Positions 23,171 to 34,466 are shown, counted from the stretch's first letter. The stretch: 64,000 bases of DNA from Gracilinanus agilis (GCF_016433145.1 NC_058130.1:132853214-132917213), one strand, 5' to 3'. Program-made: numbers and translations. The notes: a model not told the origin generated them from the letters alone.

Positions 23171-23764
23171 AATGAATGATAAAGAAAACCCCCCTCACCC
23201 ATACATAGGGATGTACAGATTTTCACATCTGGTTTTTTCCTGGTTAGAGAGGGAACACATTTTATTTGTTCTGGTGATGTCATTAAGCTGTGTTAAATGA
23301 TACAGATGTCCTCAGTAGGGTGATTCTACTCTGAGCTCTACTGCCATCTGTTGGTGGCCTTTGACAGATGGGGAAGGGATTCAGCCCTTTTTTTTTAAAT
23401 CCAGACTCCCAGGACTATTCTTAAGAATCAGATCCACATCAGCAACCAATAGCCAGAAGAAGCCCTTAGGCTAATGAGACATCTGTCCCTTGAAGTCCTT
23501 TGCTTCTGTCTAAGCTACCATTTCCTGAACTCAGTCTTCTATTTGACTTAGAGTGAGCATATATCTTCCAATTCCCATAGTGCCTTAGATGTTAGCATGG
23601 GTCCATGTAGGTCACATTGGGAACTTGAAATAGCAAAACTGGAGTTATGGATAAGGTGGGGCTGGTAACCTTTGCCTTGGCTTCCAATAAGCATTACACT
23701 CACTGTACTTACTATATTTGTTTCCCCTTCCCCCACTCTCTGTCCTTCATCTTAGATGGAAGCA

Positions 23765-24110
23765 GGAACCACAAACCCCAACTTCCTCTCCCATAGGGGT
23801 CTGTGGTTTGAGTTGGGGATAGGGGGTGCGGAAATGGCTGAGGTATTAGCACAGGCTTTGAGTCACGAAAGCTTTAGTTTCCATATGTTTCTTATCTCCA
23901 CCCTCTCTAATCTTGACAGCTTTCTGCTATTTTCTTTTTTCACCAACCCCAGTTCCCATCCCCCAATTTATATCCTTCAGCCTGTACTTCGTGAATCTAT
24001 AGCTCGACAAGTTAAAGTTGAAGGGCACAGGTTTATGTTTATTGAGGGACAGGACTTATAGACTGTGGTGTTGGGGCTGAGTGGGAGGGGTCAGGGCAGA
24101 AAAGGAAGTA
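23765..24110 (+). promoter_or_regulatory. APOBR: Putative APOBR myeloid promoter (PU.1/ETS and RUNX motifs)
   Basis: accaca 23768, acttcctctc 23781, tgtggt 23802 and 24064, aaaggaagta 24101, all within 420 bp of the ATG; motif matches only. Confidence 0.45.
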
Positions 24111-24188
24111 GCAACATCGGGGAGAAGACAGGATGACTGGGGAGGGGAAGATCATTGCAGGCTTTCTGGATGGACAAAGAACAGACAG

Positions 24189-27100
24189 ATGGAACTCCTG
24201 AGGCTTCATTTCCCTGGGGTGCACCGTACCCTAAGGGAGGCTCTGGTGAGAGGGGCAAGGAGATGCCAGGGCTTTAGACCAATTTCCCTAAGGTGTGAGA
24301 TCAAACACCCTTTCCCTATCCCAGAATTCTAGATCTATGCTTCTGGGGAATTAGATTTCTTACCCCCACAAGATCTCTGATCTTTGTCCCCACTAAGAGA
24401 TCCTTTTCCTCCCGGAAACTCAGACTTCTGTCTCATCTTTCTTCTATCGCCTTCAGCCTCAACATAGACACACTTTTTAAAACAATGTCTGCTGTTTGTC
24501 TTATCCTTTCCCTTCCTCCCTGCTTTACTATTCCCAATTCCCTCCCCCACTTTCCACAGACCTCTCACTACAACAACCTTCTCTTTGGGCTTTCTCTCTC
24601 TTCTCCCTCTCTCTCCCTCCTTGAGCCTCCCCACCTCTGCCTTCTGCTGAAATACCTCTCTCAACTGAGCTCCTCACTCTTCTTGACCTGGTACCCATGG
24701 TTTCTTCTTTTGTAGAATCATGATGCATCTGGAAGAAAGAGTGAGGTGAGGGAGGGTCACTACACTTTTCTATTCTGTGACCTCACACCTCACCCTTACC
24801 TCCTTTTCTCATTCCAGGCCTCCCTAAGCAACTTTGCTTCCTACCTCTTAGGAGACACAGTTCCCTCTGCAGAGGAGAAGGGGGGAAAGGTCGGCAGGAG
24901 AGATGAGGGGAGGGTGAAGGAGCATGAGGAAAGAACTGAAGAAGGGAGCCAGCAAACTGAAGAATCTAAGGAAGCACTGGCAGGGAAGGAAGTGACCATC
25001 GGCAGAGATATGGAAGATACTTTTTTCCCTGGAGGGTCAGAATGTAGAGAAACTTGGGGAAAAGGGAAAGAAAAGAAGACTGGGGAAATTCAGGAATCAG
25101 AGACTGAGGGAATCTGGGAGACAGGGAAAGAGGTTGAGGTAGACCTGAATGAGGAGATAACCAGGGTCTTTAGAAATTGGGACAGCAGCAATAAGAATTC
25201 CAAAGGAATCAAGGAGGATAAAGGAGAGATCAGAGGGAAGTATAAGATAGAGGTTCAAGGAGCTTCGTGTATGATGGGGACAGAGCCCAAGCAAGAGCAA
25301 AAGGTAGATACGTTAGAGACTACGGAATGTGAAAAGAAAAGGCTCTTGGATGAAGGATACTTGGGGTCAGAAGAACTTGCCTCAGAAGAAAAGAGTGTCA
25401 AAGAGCTAAAAGCACAGGGTGAGAAAAACCAAGAGTCCAATAAGAAGGAAGTTAATTTAGGGAAGACTGAGAACTACTGGAGAAGGGAGGAAACTGAGCC
25501 AGTGAAAGAACAGAAGGAAGAAGTCAAAGAGTCTAAACTGGGAGATCCAGAAGGAAGGGCTTTAATAGCCTCAGGGGTGGAATCTGAGAATGGATTAATC
25601 TGGGAGGACAAACAGGATGGGGAAGCACAGGAGGCAGAAGGAAATGTTAGAGATTGGGAAGAAGCAAGAGAGGGTAAGAAAGCACAGAGGGCAAGAGGAG
25701 AGCCAGGAAATGGCCAGAAGATAGAAATGGAAACCAGGAAAAGTCATGAGATGAAGAAGGCACCTGATGGAGCTTTGGGGAGAGAATTAGGGGAAAGTGG
25801 GAAAGTAGAAGCTCCTGAAAATCTGGAGTTAGAGAAGCATGAGGTCAAGAAAATTTGGGAGACAGAGAAGATTGGGATCAGATGTACGGAAAAAGAAGTG
25901 GCTTGGGAAGTCCAATGTACAAAGCCCGAGAATATAGATATAGAAAAGTTACGAGGAGTCCAGGAGCCAGGAGAAAAAACTGAGAGAGAAAATGCTGTAA
26001 AAGCTGAGGTTTCAATAACTTCAGTCATGGAGAAAGCTGAGGTCGGGGAATCGATAAAATCAAAGACAAAAGAAATAATTCCAAAAAAAGAAGGTGAGCA
26101 AGTCTGGAAGGCAGAGGATCTGGAGATCAGTAAAGAATGGGGCTTGGATGTTATTCAAAGGGGCTGGGATACAGAAGAGGCAGTTGGGAGAGATTTGGAG
26201 AGGAAGAACAATGAAGAGAAAGAGACTGAGTTAAATACATCCTCAGAGCAAGTCTGGACTCAAAGGAGGGAGAGAGAGGAAGAAATGGCAGACTTCTGGG
26301 TCCTAGAAAAAAGGGAGATTGTGAAAGATTCAGGGATGGAAGCTGAAAGAAGTTGGGGCTTAGAGGGAGAAGCTAGGGAAATCTATGAGAGTCAGTCAGG
26401 GCAAACTAGAAGCCAGGGCATTCGGGAAGCTAAAATCTGGGAGGGAACACTTGACATTGACTCCAATGAGACTTTAGTAACAAGGCCAGAAAAGGCAGAC
26501 AGGGGCAACTTAATGAGGGAAGCAGAGGTGGAAAAAAGCCAAGAATTGGAGATAAGCTATGGAACAGAGGAGGTTAGGGAAGACCAGTGCCCTAAGGAGA
26601 TTGGGGGAGATTGGAACATGGAAGAAAAAACTGGGAGAGCTCAAGAGACAGAAAAAGAGCTAATGGAGGAAGATGCCAAAGAAAGAGAGGAGCAACCATT
26701 CGGAATTCCAGAGAGAGAGACCTTGGAGAGCTGTAAGATGGAAGCCCATAGTGCCCAAAATATTAAGAACACAGAGAACAGAAATGTCCAAGTGGTGAAA
26801 AAACAGGACTTAGTCTTAGTAAAAGCCTGGAAGATAATGGAAACAGACATTGAAAGTGGCCAGGTAAGAGAAATAGAAGACAAGGGAGGCTGGAAAGATG
26901 AGAAAGTTTTCATACCCCAGACTAGAGAAGACAAGGGAGCTTGGGAAACTGAGGGAAGCCAAGAATTCAAACAGCAAGAAGCCCCAAAGGCAGAGGCTAA
27001 AACAGACTGGAGGGCCAAGCAGTCTGAGAAAATAGAACCAGAGAAGGAAGAGAAAGAGGTCAGAAGAATTTGGGAGAAGGAGCTTGAGGGAGGAGGCCAA

Positions 27101-29154
27101 GAGGCACACACTGAAAGAGGCCATAAAATGGAAGAGTCTGAAGTCAGAAAACTCCAGGATGGGGAAGAGACAGAAGGTAAAGAACACTGGGAAGCAGAAG
27201 GAAAGGTCATAAGAAGCCAGGAGACAAAAGAGGTTGAAGCAAGTCAGGAGAGGGAGGATAAAAGAAGCAGAGCACTGGATAGAGAGGCAGAAGGAGAGGT
27301 CATAAGAAGCCAGGAGATGAAAGGGGTTGAGGGAAGTCAAGAGAGGGAGGATAAAAGCAGCAGAGTACTGAGTAAAGAGGCTGAAGGAGGCTGGGAAGGA
27401 AATGCTGAAAGCCCATGGAATACTGAGATAGTAAGTGAGAAAGTAGGGCTAAATTTAAAGAAGGTTGTAGCTGGAAGAAGCCCGGAGACAGAGCAAAAGG
27501 TAAAGAGAGACTGGAAGGAAATCAAAAGAGATTGGAACTCAGAAGAGGAAATTTGTCAGGAAAGAACAGAGACTAGAGAAAGTCCAAATTTAAATTTATT
27601 AGAGGTTGGAGTCAAGGAAGTTCTGGAGGAAGAAAAGAAAGGCTTCTGGAAGGTTAAAGGAACCAAAGAATGTCAAGCAATTGAGGGAATGACTGAGAGA
27701 GATCAAGTTGAAGAATCAGAGGTTAGGAAAACCTGGGAGAGGGAAGAGAAAGAGTCTGAGGGAGACCAAGAAACAGGCTCAGTAGATACTGAGGAATCCT
27801 GCATAGATGAGAAAGAGAAGTCAGGGAGCAACTGTGAAAAAGAGAAACTTGCCTTCTGTCATGGAGCAGAGATACAGAGGACAATAACCAACAAGGAATG
27901 GGACTTTGTGAGGGAAGAGAAGATGAAGGAGGGGCAAATTAAGTCAGAAGAAAAATCTGGAAAGGGCAAGGAAAACAAGGAAACAGAGAAAGAGGTTGAT
28001 GGAAGCCAGAATGTGGACTCTGAAAGTACCTGGCCCCTGGAGGAAGAGAGACAATATGAGGAAGAAACTGAGATAGAAGCCAAAACTGGGGGGAGTCATG
28101 CTTTAGGGGGTAGAAATTCCATGGACAACCAATCTATGGAGAAAGTAGAAGCTAATGGGGGCAGGGGGCTAGAGGCAGAGAAGATGGAAGACAGTGGGAA
28201 CAGAGAAGAGGCAGGAAGCCAGGAAGATGGAAACAGGGAGGAGATGGAGCCTGCTGAATGCTCTGAGACCAAGGAAGCAGCAGACTGGAGAGATGGAGAC
28301 AAGGACTCAGAAGTTGCTGGAATCTGGGAATTCAGTAAGAAGACTGGAAGAGTCTGGGACTTAGAAAAAGCTAAGTCTAGTCAAGCCAAGGGAACAGAGG
28401 AAGCTGCAGATACGGAATCTGCAACTCTGGAAGCTTCAGAAAACAGGGAGACAGAAGCCCCAGCACCCACCAATTCAATAGCTCTAATGTTGTCTCCTAT
28501 ACCCGGTCCTGCTGATGATGCCCAAAACAACTGGAGTGAGGTGAGATAATGTGAAAAGACTTTGTGAACTATAAAGTGCTATATAATTGTAAAACATATT
28601 TAAAATTCAAATTCTCATTATTGATATTAATGGCTAAGTGCCTAGTGACATCAAGATTCTAAGGTCCAGTTAGAGCCAAACTTCTGACATGATCCTAAGC
28701 TTCCTTTCTCTTGCTTTCCCACAGGCTCCCATCCCTGGTTCATGCCTGGACCTCTCCATTCCCAGAAGTCGAGTTCTCCTCTCCAGAAATGCCTCCCATC
28801 GACGATCCCGCCCCTCTTTTAGAAGGGTACCAGCTCCAAGGAAGGATGACTGTGATGATAATGAGGCTCTGGAGTCCTCACCCTCAAAACTGAGACTACT
28901 CCAATCTGAGGAAACTATAATGCCAAGTCCCCTAAAGCCAGAGGGGACCCCAGTCCCAACAAGGAAACGGCCCCCAGGCCATGGGTAAGGAAAAGAGGGT
29001 GAGGATGAGGAAGGAAAAAAGGAACCAACTACTGGTTCCAAATCATGACCTATTAATTCTCTGTGATACTCTTCCTTCCCTCAGGTTTGGCCTCGCTCAT
29101 CCCAGCATGATGCAAGAGTTACAGGCTCGTCTGGGACGGCCCAAGCCCCAGTGA
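24189..29154 (+). CDS. APOBR: Apolipoprotein B receptor orthologue, 1369 aa, 4 exons
   Basis: Exons 24189-24245 (MELLRLHFPGVHRTLREAL), 24818-28540 (3723-nt Glu/Lys-rich exon), 28725-28984 (LDLSIPRSRVLLSR...GTPVPTRKRPPGHG), 29085-29154 (FGLAHPSMMQELQARLGRPKPQ*); total 4110 nt. Termini match recalled human APOBR; head-to-head with CLN3 and tail-to-tail with IL27. Confidence 0.95.
27191..27388 (+). repeat. APOBR: In-frame 93-bp (31-aa) tandem duplication in APOBR exon 2
   Basis: Units start at 27191, 27284 and (partial) 27377: EAEGKVIRSQETKEVEASQEREDKRSRALDR / EAEGEVIRSQEMKGVEGSQEREDKSSRVLSK / EAEG. Confidence 0.92.
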
Positions 29155-29430
29155 CCTGAAGACCTATGAATCTAATTTCCCTCCCCTCTCCCACCATTCC
29201 CTGCCTTTACTCTGATCTCTGACCCCAATATCACCTTCAAGCCTGGGATGATCTCCCTACCTCATAGCGACTTCTAATCATGTGTCTTAATCCCCAAAAA
29301 GGGAAGCCCCAACCCTTGGTAGCTTCTCCTTTCATAGGCTATTTCCAGGTAACTATACTTTTTTTCTATAGGACCTACCTAGAAGATTTATATGCTCAAA
29401 GAAGAAAGAGAAGAAAAGGGGTTGTAGGTG

Positions 29431-29436
29431 TTTATT
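29431..29436 (-). terminator. IL27: Probable IL27 polyadenylation signal
   Basis: First minus-strand AATAAA not embedded in an AUUUA cluster, about 440 nt past the IL27 stop. Confidence 0.55.
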
Positions 29437-29526
29437 ATTAGGTCCCCCAAGAAATATCTGATCTTACTCTCTGGGTTCCTCCAGGGAGCAGAAGGAAGAC
29501 CATCCTCAAATTTTTTTCCAAAAAAG

Positions 29527-29576
29527 AATAAATACAACCACTATTTTCCTGAAAAAATAAATATCTAACAAATAAA
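29527..29576 (+). terminator. APOBR: APOBR polyadenylation signal cluster
   Basis: Three AATAAA hexamers at about 29527, 29556 and 29571, the first ones after the APOBR stop. Confidence 0.7.
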
Positions 29577-29872
29577 TATCTTCACTGAACTTGAAGGCCT
29601 CTTAAATTATGGGATGGGAATGGGCTCAGAAGGTGAGAAGGGAGAAAACCAAAGGGGCATATGCCACATCTCCTCCCCTGAGATGATATTACTGGCAGAG
29701 GAAGGATACTTGGGTTGAAGTCTGGGATCTCCCCCTCCCAAATGGCTCAGGGCAGGGAAATTAGCTTCAGGTTGAAAAACAAATATAAGGGAGAAAGGAA
29801 TACAATCCTGGAAGGTGATGTAAGTAGTAGGGAGTCATCACCCCTAGGTTGAAAACTGTACTTCTTGAGTAG

Positions 29873-31614
29873 TCAGGGACTGTGTGTGTGAGCAATTCCC
29901 TTTGAGAGCAGCAGGAAATCCCGGACGGCTCGGCCCAGGACTAGCTCCAGAGATCTGAGTAGCTGGTAAGTACTCAGGAGTTGTGGCCAAGAGACTTGGT
30001 GCACAGGGAGAGAAAATCTTTCTAAGTCTCTCTTCTCCAGATCTTGGGTTTCCTTATCCTCCAGAGCACAGTATCCTTTAACTTTTATCTGTGATAAGAG
30101 ACAAAGAATGTAGAGAACCCCACACAGACCAAGGTAAAAGCAGGGAGTTTCTCAGTAAATCAGTGATTCTAGAGGGCCAAGGGAGAGGTGGCCACACCTG
30201 GAAATGGAGATGTGACTGCAGGTCCCGAAGGTCCAGCTGAGCCATCCACAGCCTTTTCCTCAAGGAACCCTTCCAACCCTGATGGCCCTTTAGTTCTCTC
30301 AGAGGAACCTGGAAGTGGTCCAGAAGTCTAGAAAGGGAACAAAGTCGATCTGGGTCCTGGGAAAGGAAGAATCAGACAGGGAAATAGGGATAAGGCAGAG
30401 AGTCAAAAGTTCTCAACACAGAACCCCCTTAGACCAAGGCCTTGACTCAATCATGAGACCATCTAGATACCAAGTCTATCTCCAGTCCAACTCACTTTCT
30501 TTGTTCTCTCATCTATGCAACTCCTCCAAACTCTTATTCATCCTTCATTCCCAAACACATCCTATACCTTCATCATCATCCCTCTCCTATCTTCATCTTC
30601 ATTCCATATTCCAGCCTTTCACTCCCTTCCTTCCTCCATCCTATCCTATCCACCTCAGTCTCATCCCTACCCCTCCTTCAGTCCCTCATCAATCATCATC
30701 CTCGTACCCAAACCCTAACCCCATCATCAACTTCAAAAACCTCTTCAGCCTCAACCCTGATTCAGCATATCTATTTCTTCCCCAACTCACTGAAAGTTGG
30801 AGCCAGGTCTTGAGTGTCATGGTGACATTGGGAAATTGTTCCCTCAGGGGTAGGAAGTCCAAGGACACCCCAACCAGGTGTGTATCTGCCTATAGAAGAA
30901 ATAAATGATCAGTGAGGGAGCTGTCCAAGGTAGCTTCCCTTGGCCACCTCCTGTCAACCAAGCCTCAATGAGTTTTTCTATTTCCCAGTCAATTGGATTC
31001 TGATGACTCACAAAAAGATGGGCAATACTCCGGATCTCTGACAGCAACTTTCTGGAAAGCCTCAGGCTGATCTTGAATTCACTCCTCAAGTCTAGTAAAT
31101 CATGGGGAGGTTGCCCTCGGGGCCATGAGAACCCCCAGATGACAGCATTGTCCAGGAGCAAGGAGAGCAGCAAGAGACTAAACCCTTGAAAAAAGAGGAG
31201 AACATGAAATCAAGGAAAGCTGAATAGGGGAGAAAGGAGTGAGTAAGCTGTTAAAGAGGAGCACCACAAACATTGAGAGCAGATGGCCCCAACTCTAATG
31301 GACTTTGAAGCAGGACTTGTCTGGCCCAGGGATCCTAGGGCCTCTCAATCCCAAGAAACCAATGAGTTTGCTGTCCCTTTCACCTGACTGGAGAGGGGAG
31401 CAGGTAAACCTGGGGGGGTCCAGTAAAATTGAGCTCAGAATTCCCATAATATATTGGATTCTCTCCTGATCTAGAATATCAGGGGTTGAAAAGTGATCCA
31501 GGGAACAGACAGAATGAGTTATAATGGGGAAAGTATGGAAGGAGAAAGGAATAGGGATTGAGAGGTAGAGAAGTGGAATTGGAGGACAAGAATTGCTAAA
31601 ATGTGAATATGTCC

Positions 31615-31651
<37 letters not shown>

Positions 31652-33215
31652 AGAGAGAGAGAAAGAGAGAGAGGGAGGGAAGAGCTCCATGATGACATAC
31701 AGCAAGGTCTGTTTTATTTAATTTTTATACTACCCTCAGTACCCAGCATCATGCTCTCCACAGAGAAGGTACTTCAAAGTTTGCTAAATTTTTAAATTGC
31801 CAGACCAGGTAGAGAGAGGGGAAGCCATGCAGGACCACAAGAAAGGGTTGTGGAAGATATCAAGGGAGAGGGGCTGGAGGGGTGAAAAGAAGATAAGTGG
31901 ATGTTAGAGTAATGACCAAGAATAGGGTCAGAAGGAGAAGGTGGACATCAGAGAGGAGGGTGATACTTTGGGTGAATTTTGCAGGGTCAGAGAAATGAAG
32001 GTTTGGAAGAGTGGTGAGAATTGGAAAGGAGTAGAGAGGTATAGGACTGAAGGGAGGGGTAATGGGAAGGTGGTTAGGTAAAGACAAAGAATTAAAGATT
32101 AAGGAAAGGAAGATAGGTATGGATCAGAGAGGAAAAGGTTGGAAGCTAAAAGAAAGGACTGAGGAAGGGAAAACTTTGGAAGGACAGGGTTAGAGGGTGG
32201 GAAAGAGGAAAGAAGATTCAAGGGAAGGATGGAGAAGGCAGGAATAGGAAGTAGTGGAATGGGTAGAGAGAAGGAGGTTTGAAAGGATTGGTGGTCTGGG
32301 GCATTTCTTTAAGTAAAAGGAAATCTTATCACTAGAATTACCCAACTCTCCTCAAAACACAAATCAGAACCCTGCCCTTGATCTCATCCTAGTCTTTGTC
32401 CTAACCATCCTTCTCCCCAGATAAGGAACCCCACCCTTTAAATCTTAACCTAAGCCTCTGCCTTCTCCATTTTCTTGTCCACCTCTTGGATTTCAGTATC
32501 CAAGGTGCCTTATTCCTCCCATTTCAGTTGCATGGGAAGCTCTTCAGAGAGTGGGATCAATAGAGTTGAAGTTTCATCACTCCTCTTGGTCTTCCAGCCA
32601 GTCCTACATTTGGGATGAGGGACCAATATGATCTTTAGTTCTTGAATCCCAGTTTAATACTATTCCAACAGAGGAAGTCTAGCACCATTACTTTTCCTCC
32701 TCCAAAGAATCCAAATTTTTGTGATGGCAGTCATACAGCCTGAAACTCAATGGAGAAACCTACTTACCTAAGGGCTTTATGAACAGAAGCTGAACTGGCT
32801 CCTAGGAAACCCTATTCTTACTCCTTAGACCCCTAGACTTCATGATGCCAAGTGTAACAGATTTTTCCACTCAGTCCTTGGCTATAGTATCAGACCTTAA
32901 ATACTTTCCTCCTGCCCCTAACTCTATTTTCTTCTTTTGGGAGCAAGGCACTCTGCCTGCCCCTAAACCCCTTTCTGTATATCCAGGGCCCCACCTCTCA
33001 TTTTCTCAGTCAGCTCCTCTCTCTTCCCCTTCAACTTTATCTTTTTATTATTATTTCAGGGAATCTTTTCCCTTGGTCGTTGGCTCTATAACACAAACCC
33101 CTTGACCCCCACAATTCTGTCTCTCCACCCCTCATCCTAAAATCCCCCTTCGATTCCAGAGGCTCAATTAGCCCACTCCCTATTCCATTGACTCACGCCA
33201 GCTCCCGTCTCTCAT
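29873..33215 (-). CDS. IL27: Interleukin-27 subunit alpha (p28), 221 aa, 5 exons
   Basis: Exons 33215-33197 (MRDGSW, CTGGC|GTGAGT), 31184-31012, 30889-30791, 30356-30198, 30088-29873; total 666 nt. Exon sizes 173/99/159 equal the recalled human ones. Motifs ISLRLSRKLLSE, LDLRDLQSHLHFQ, VSWPQLLSTYQLLRSLELVL. Confidence 0.95.
31618..31680. repeat. (TG)n(AG)n compound microsatellite in IL27 intron 1
   Basis: Seen directly. Confidence 0.95.
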
Positions 33216-33260
33216 CTTCTGGCAATGTCTTTCTTACCAGCCATCCCCCTCTCTTGGGGT

Positions 33261-33295
33261 TCTTATACGGGGACCAGCCCCCACTTTCGGTTTCC
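33261..33295 (-). promoter_or_regulatory. IL27: IL27 core promoter: TATA box and ISRE
   Basis: Minus strand GGAAACCGAAAGT (33295-33283) followed by TATAAGA (33267-33261), about 50 nt upstream of the ATG. Confidence 0.8.
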
Positions 33296-34412
33296 TTCCT
33301 ACTTACACTTTCAGCTTTGCTCTCAATCTCCAAAATGGGGAAATGTAATTTCCCTTCCCATAGTCAAGGGGCTGGAGTTTTTGACAACATAGGGGTTGGG
33401 ATCATCAAAGACTGCCTTCCTTCTTGGGTAACTAGGACTCAGCTCTTCCTCTCCCTCATTTACCATCTCTAGTTTGATTCCTGGGTCATCTCATCCTCTC
33501 TGAAATTTTAACTGGTTCCAACTATTTACAGAATACTTGCTACATCAGCAGCATAGTTTGTCCCACATCTATCTATTTCTTGTATGTTTCTAGAATGAGG
33601 CTCTTTCCCATTAAATGGCATTGACCAGCTGGCCAGACTGAAGGTAGTTTTGAGGGAATTTTTTTCTCCCCAAAGTTCAAAGCAATAGGTCATACAGAAA
33701 GATCCACACTCTATTATTCACACATACAGCATAGTTTTAAGATATCCTGCTTGGGGGTATCAAGGTGGTTCAGTGGATAAAGCCAGACCTGAAGACTATG
33801 GTCCAGAATTCAAAACTGACCCCAGACAATTCCTAGCTTTGTGAGTATTAGCAAGTCACTTAATCCCTAACCTCAATTTCCTCACCCTTACTTACTGCTC
33901 TTCTGCCTTACAACTGAAACTTAATATCAATTCTAAGACTGAAGGCAAGGGTTTAAAAAAAAATAACTTGTGCTTAGTTAAAGGGTTCAAGCTGTAATTA
34001 ATTTTAGGGATTTAATCCATTAGGCTGGCATCAGTCTGTGGTCAAGTTAGGGGTCAGTTTAGGGTTAAAATTGGGCCAATCTATGGCCAGAATTGGAGTC
34101 ATTCTATGACCAAAATGAGTGTTTAGTCTGTGGCTAGGATTAAAAGAAAATCTGGAGGATTATAAAATCAGTCTTTTACCATTAGTCCACTGCTAGTGCT
34201 AACAGTGAGGGGTATGGCTGAGAAACATGAGAAAGAGAACTCTCCTGTTGATGCCCCATACAATTCTTAGGCTTATCAAGAGATTAAGACCCCAGGCTTA
34301 CCCCATTTTCTTGTCCTCTTCCCCTAGATTTCCCATCTTTGGGGAGGGTCAGTATTGGGGGTTTCTTATTCTTCCCAATGGTTACTGCTGCCACTTTCCA
34401 TTTACAGCCTGT

Positions 34413-34466
34413 GGGATTTCCCAGCTAGGTCCCTGGCAGTGAGAAAGAAACTAGAGGGGGCTTCCC
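34413..34466. promoter_or_regulatory. Paired NF-kB sites upstream of IL27
   Basis: GGGATTTCCC at 34413-34422 and GGGGCTTCCC at 34457-34466, both matching GGGRNNYYCC, with gagaaagaaact between them. Confidence 0.55.

Noticed and set aside
24746-24817. Start of the 1267-aa ORF as the APOBR N-terminus
   Set aside because: This part is intron 1 (polypyrimidine tract and AG at 24816-24817); the real start is the exon at 24189.
34290-34336. Alternative IL27 exon 1 (ATG GGA AAT CTA...GG|GTAAGC)
   Set aside because: It ends in phase 2 whereas exon 2 needs phase 1; the 33215 exon has the right phase, the W-R junction, TATA and ISRE.
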